A stretch of 64,000 bases of DNA from a virus: positions 27,382-91,381 of IMG/VR virus record IMGVR_UViG_3300047509_000177. One strand, given 5' to 3'. The notes beneath the pieces are model-generated. The model was given only the letters and a program-made list of their open reading frames with translations. It did no database searches and was not told the origin of the DNA. A program made the translations under genes and the position numbers. Positions 60,420 to 64,000 of this stretch are shown here, piece after piece. Position 1 is the stretch's first letter; each line of letters begins with the position of its first letter.

Positions 60420-61941
60420 GTCGCCTCACACTGAGAGCGGGTTTCCCGGCAGAGCCGTGCGCCGCACTGGTCAAAGGGATCGGAGTGGACCGACTCTGCA
60501 TAGCCGCGTGCCACTTCTCGGCGGTGAAGCATCTCGGCCAGCTCCCACGCCCACACGGCGAGCGCATCGTAGGCCACCGCGTCTACCACCTCGGTCCCGC
60601 TGCTGACCTCGGGACCGCTGAGGATTATGCCGCCGGTGAGCTGTTGCTCCGGTCGCGCCAAGTCAACGCGTGGTAGCGATTGCACCGTCCATCGCCGCAC
60701 GCTAGCAGCAGGCGTCATGAGCGGAGCGACGGGACCGTCCTTGAGGGTACGCTTGACGAACTTCTGACAACAAGCCGCGGAGACCCAGGCGTCGCAGTCC
60801 CAGCAGAACCCCACGTTGTCCTCGTGGGCCACACGCGCGTGGCCGCAGGTGCACTGCTCGGCCTCTTCTAGTTCGGCGCGTGTCTGAACGTTCTTCCCTC
60901 CGTCCCAGCTCATGACCGCTCCTTGGAGCCATAGCCGAACCGTTGACGATCCCGTTCGATCAGGTGTGCCATTGCTGGGGCCGTGCCGCGAGGGTAGGCG
61001 TGCGGGTCCTCTTCCGCTAGGCGCTGGATCTCCGTGGCGGCGATCCAGTCCAGCTCCAGCGCGTTCGTCGCCAGCCTGTCGGCTACACGGTTCTCGTGGT
61101 CCAGCGCGGCTGCTTCAAGCTTGCTGCGTGTCTCGACGTGATCCCCGAAGCTCATGACTCTTCTCGCTCAACTAGACGGAACTGCTCCAAAAAGCGAGGG
61201 ACGGGGATGGAGTCGGGCAGCTTCGGATCAGCGTGGCCACCCGACTGCCAGACCCCCGTTACCTCGGGCGGATCGTGATGTCCACACACATGCAGGACCA
61301 CGAACCGCCCACGCGGCGAACGACTGCCCTCCCTCATCGGCACCTGCTCCCACACGTCGCCGTGGCAAGGGCGCTCAGTGTCGGTCATGATTGTGCCTTC
61401 TCACGGACAGCGACAAAGCGCCAGACCTTCTCCTGCCCCTCGAATCGCTGCGTATGACTGCGAATATCGCACTTGAGAGCTCCGCCCTGCTCGTGCCTAA
61501 TCCTGTGGATCTTCCGCTCAAGATCCCAGAAGATGATCGTGTCACCCTCCCGAAGCGCGGATGCACTGATGCGTTCTACTTGCCGCACCGGAGCGTCGCT
61601 GTCGCTGAAAGGTGTCTCGTCAGCCTCCAGGAACGCTTCGACGATCCAGCGCACCTGCTCACTGGTGACGTCGCTGCCAATCTTCCACGCGTAATCGCAG
61701 GCGGCGAGCAATGCTGGAGAATCAGGCTTGAGTTGATGCCTCATCATCGTGCCACCTCCTCGACCCGGCCGTCCGGCTTTATGAGGTAGGTAGCCATCGT
61801 GCAGGTCCGGACTTCCACCTTCGCGCAATCAGAGTCCTGCATCCATGTGGTTCCCGCCACGCCGACGGTCCGATCCAGCTCGTCGCATACGGCTTTCTGC
61901 TTGGCGTTGCCGGGAAACTTATCTGTAGGCTCAAGCTGCAT
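60416..61941 (-). CDS. Operon of five small passenger ORFs (61744-61941, 61385-61747, 61152-61388, 60910-61155, 60416-60913)
   Basis: Successive ATGA stop/start overlaps running into the transposase. Confidence 0.65.
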
Positions 61942-62949
61942 CAGGGGTTCCTCCTGGTGTCGTGCCCCGGCCGTTCACGCGGTGCGGGGCGATTTCGTTC
62001 TGTGCCCACAGTGTACCACAGATCGGGTCATCTAAGTGGATACCCTATCTCTAGCAAAGCAGTTATTTGTGGCTTGGTTAGCTTGGATGTTTTCATAATT
62101 TTGTAAGGTGGAGACTGTTTGGCAGATTCGTTCTCATAGTCTTATTCCATAGCTATCAAGACATACCTGCTTTAGCTCGCTCCCAGACAGATCGCCAAGC
62201 GAGCCTACTTCGCCTTCTCCAAGCTCTCGAAATTGGATTCCTTCATCGCGCAGATAGTTTGTATCGCCCTCCATGATCCATAGGCCACCACTGATATACG
62301 TGCAGTTAGCTTTCAGGATCTCAGCTTGGCGCGTAGTAGGTTCAACCGTAGTTTCGATCAATGTTGTCCAAAATCTCATGGCTTTATAGGTTTCCAATCT
62401 GAGATTAGGCGTATTTGATCGCGCACTTTGCGTTCCTCTCTCAACCCAAGCTCATCAAAGACTGCTTGGATGGCTGCTTCCATATGCGTGTGACCACTCT
62501 CGGGGATTGGGACGTCCAACGCTGTCAATGCTATCTCAACCAACTTAGGATCTATATTTAGATTAACTCATAGAGATTTTATTCCTCGCATATATTCTTT
62601 CTCTGATATCTCCTTTACGGCGCATTTAGCGCCGATAGAAAGCTCATATCTAAGTTGTTTACATATTCTATCAAAGTTTTTATAGTAGAAGTGGATGGTT
62701 TTTCTAGTATATTTACCAAAGTTTGTCTTATATCTAAACGTAGACTCTAGCTTATAGAATGTCATAGGCTTCTTATATCCAATAGTGTTTGGTGCCATTC
62801 CTTACGTACCATTCCCATGTCTGTAAACCAATAAATTAGATCCTCTGTACTCATAATTCTTTTAACTTTCTTTGATCCCAGAAGATATGAATAGACTGAT
62901 TCATTTTCTTTATAGTCCTGCAAGTAGCAAGTAGGATAATCTTTAGTCG

Positions 62950-63492
62950 TCATAGCTCAACCAGCTTTCTTTCTCTAGCTCGTAGAGATTCAACCTCATG
63001 CAAAAGCACTGTATTTATTCTTAGCCATATCGTGTACTCCTCATCGGCCTTATTCACGCCTCCAGCGGCTTCCAACTTGTTCATTGCATCTCGATCTACG
63101 ATCTCCGCATCCTCCACACGGGCGGAAAGTCGCGCGATATCGTCCTGTAGGCTTTTCTTAGCCTTTTCCTTTTTCTCCTGGTCCAATTCCCCTTTGCGCT
63201 CAATTGCGCCGCTTACAGCGTGTTCTTTGCAACTCCTGGGCGGCTTCCCTCGGCGTATTGGCGCTTGATACTCATGGTTACCGCCATGACAGTACAAAGT
63301 ACGTGTTAGCTCAAAGTTAGAAGCCTCAAGATTGTTATGGTCGCCGTCCTTCGGCGTTAGCTGTAGAGAAGTATAAGAACTAATATAGGGTTTGGAAGGT
63401 TTTTCAGGGCGATGCTCGGGGCATGACTTTGGTGGTCTTCCCCTTCCTTCCTTCTCCCAATAATGTTTTCCACCTTCGCAAAAAAGTCTCAT
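62950..63492 (-). CDS. Hypothetical protein with duplicated C-x2-G-x-H...RG(R/K)PP.SC..H motif and coiled coil
   Basis: Two copies of the Zn-type motif. Confidence 0.6.
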   Translation of the reverse strand: MRLFCEGGKHYWEKEGRGRPPKSCPEHRPEKPSKPYISSYTSLQLTPKDGDHNNLEASNFELTRTLYCHGGNHEYQAPIRRGKPPRSCKEHAVSGAIERKGELDQEKKEKAKKSLQDDIARLSARVEDAEIVDRDAMNKLEAAGGVNKADEEYTIWLRINTVLLHEVESLRARERKLVEL

Positions 63493-63947
63493 AGACCTAA
63501 ATCCCTCTGTGAATAGATCATATTTTCTTTTCTAAAGTTTTCAGCAACATGCGCTGCTTCAATCTCATTCTCATAATATCCTAAAGAATGTAGCTTGCCT
63601 TTGATCCGGCAATAAGCGCGCCATTTATGTCCATTTCTAGAAACCCCTCTATATCTAGAGCTACTTCCTTTGTAAGAAGGTAAGTTTTGTTGGCCATCGA
63701 ATCCACTGTCTAATATTCTTAGGTTCGACCTTCTGTTGTCGAGTTTGTTCCTATTTATGTGGTCTACAAATCTTTTGTCGCCATGAACAAGACCCGATAT
63801 AAGTCTGTGCATCTTATAGCTTTTATATTTACCATTTCCTAAGTTTTCTGAACGTTGAGCATAACCCCATGAATCTAGGAGCCTTTGGCGAAACCCTTGG
63901 CGAAACGGCTTGCGCCCATCGCCACGGAAGTCTAGCGTCGGCCCCAT
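63489..63947 (-). CDS. HNH-AP2 homing endonuclease; N-terminus probably replaced by an inserted element
   Basis: MHRLI...VDHINRNKLDNRRSNLR, SSRYRGV...W.A...LG.Y..E.EAA. Confidence 0.8.
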   Translation of the reverse strand: MGPTLDFRGDGRKPFRQGFRQRLLDSWGYAQRSENLGNGKYKSYKMHRLISGLVHGDKRFVDHINRNKLDNRRSNLRILDSGFDGQQNLPSYKGSSSRYRGVSRNGHKWRAYCRIKGKLHSLGYYENEIEAAHVAENFRKENMIYSQRDLGL

Positions 63948-64000
63948 CCTAGAAATTGGCCCCAGCGACAGCGCGAACTGTCCTGGGGCCGTGGCACCGA

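Larger units (their letters stand above)
59420..62047 (-). mobile_element. IS1595-family (ISSod11-like) transporter IS with five passenger ORFs
   Basis: 20-bp perfect IR gggtatccacttagatgacc (59422-59441, 62026-62045); flanking direct repeat atctctagcaa (59409-59419, 62047-62057); sharp GC-rich island. Confidence 0.9.
59198..62096 (-). pseudogene. wHTH-like gene interrupted by the IS1595 element
   Basis: MKTSKLTKPQITALLEI (62096-62047) joins DGDFWRW...LTREG (59408-59198) in frame across the duplicated target. Confidence 0.75.

Noticed and set aside
59436-60434. 332-aa plus-strand ORF
   Set aside because: Antisense shadow of the GC-rich transposase
1-64000. Stop-codon reassignment (suggested by prmC and odd tRNAs)
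   Set aside because: Long conserved genes (dnaE, terL, tape measure) are uninterrupted under the standard code, and TAA, TAG and TGA all end genes at sensible positions

Overview
This is a 64-kb slice of a large, AT-rich tailed phage (siphovirus-like). The host is most plausibly a high-GC actinobacterium (inference from leaderless-type promoters, M23+SLT domains in the tape measure, and GC-rich captured IS DNA). Gene order: tail module (1-13 kb), membrane proteins, replication/recombination module (SF2 helicase, PrmC, DnaB, primase, SSB, DnaE, RecA, Cas4-like nuclease, RuvC; 15-33 kb), terminase and portal-MuF (33-40 kb), holin and NlpC/P60 lysin, then a minus-strand accessory arm (44-64 kb). 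The most unusual content is translational. Besides canonical tRNA-Leu(UAA) and tRNA-Arg(UCU), there are five tRNA genes whose bodies do not match their anticodons: Val/Lys-like body with UUC plus an extra D-loop hairpin; His-like G-1:C73 body with UAA; Leu body with AGA; Leu body with a 9-nt CAU loop; and an 8/4 allo-tRNA. Four of the five lie inside small inverted-repeat-bounded elements. Nearby is a class II LysRS paralog whose amino-acid pocket and anticodon-reading loop are remodelled. Other features: a cargo-carrying IS1595 element that interrupts a wHTH gene, a clean 298-bp inversion that breaks two adjacent genes, a split FtsK, a family of CGAAAC-N6-CGAAAC element ends, and strong Asp depletion in virion proteins. 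All calls are by-eye motif recognition; no database searches were run.
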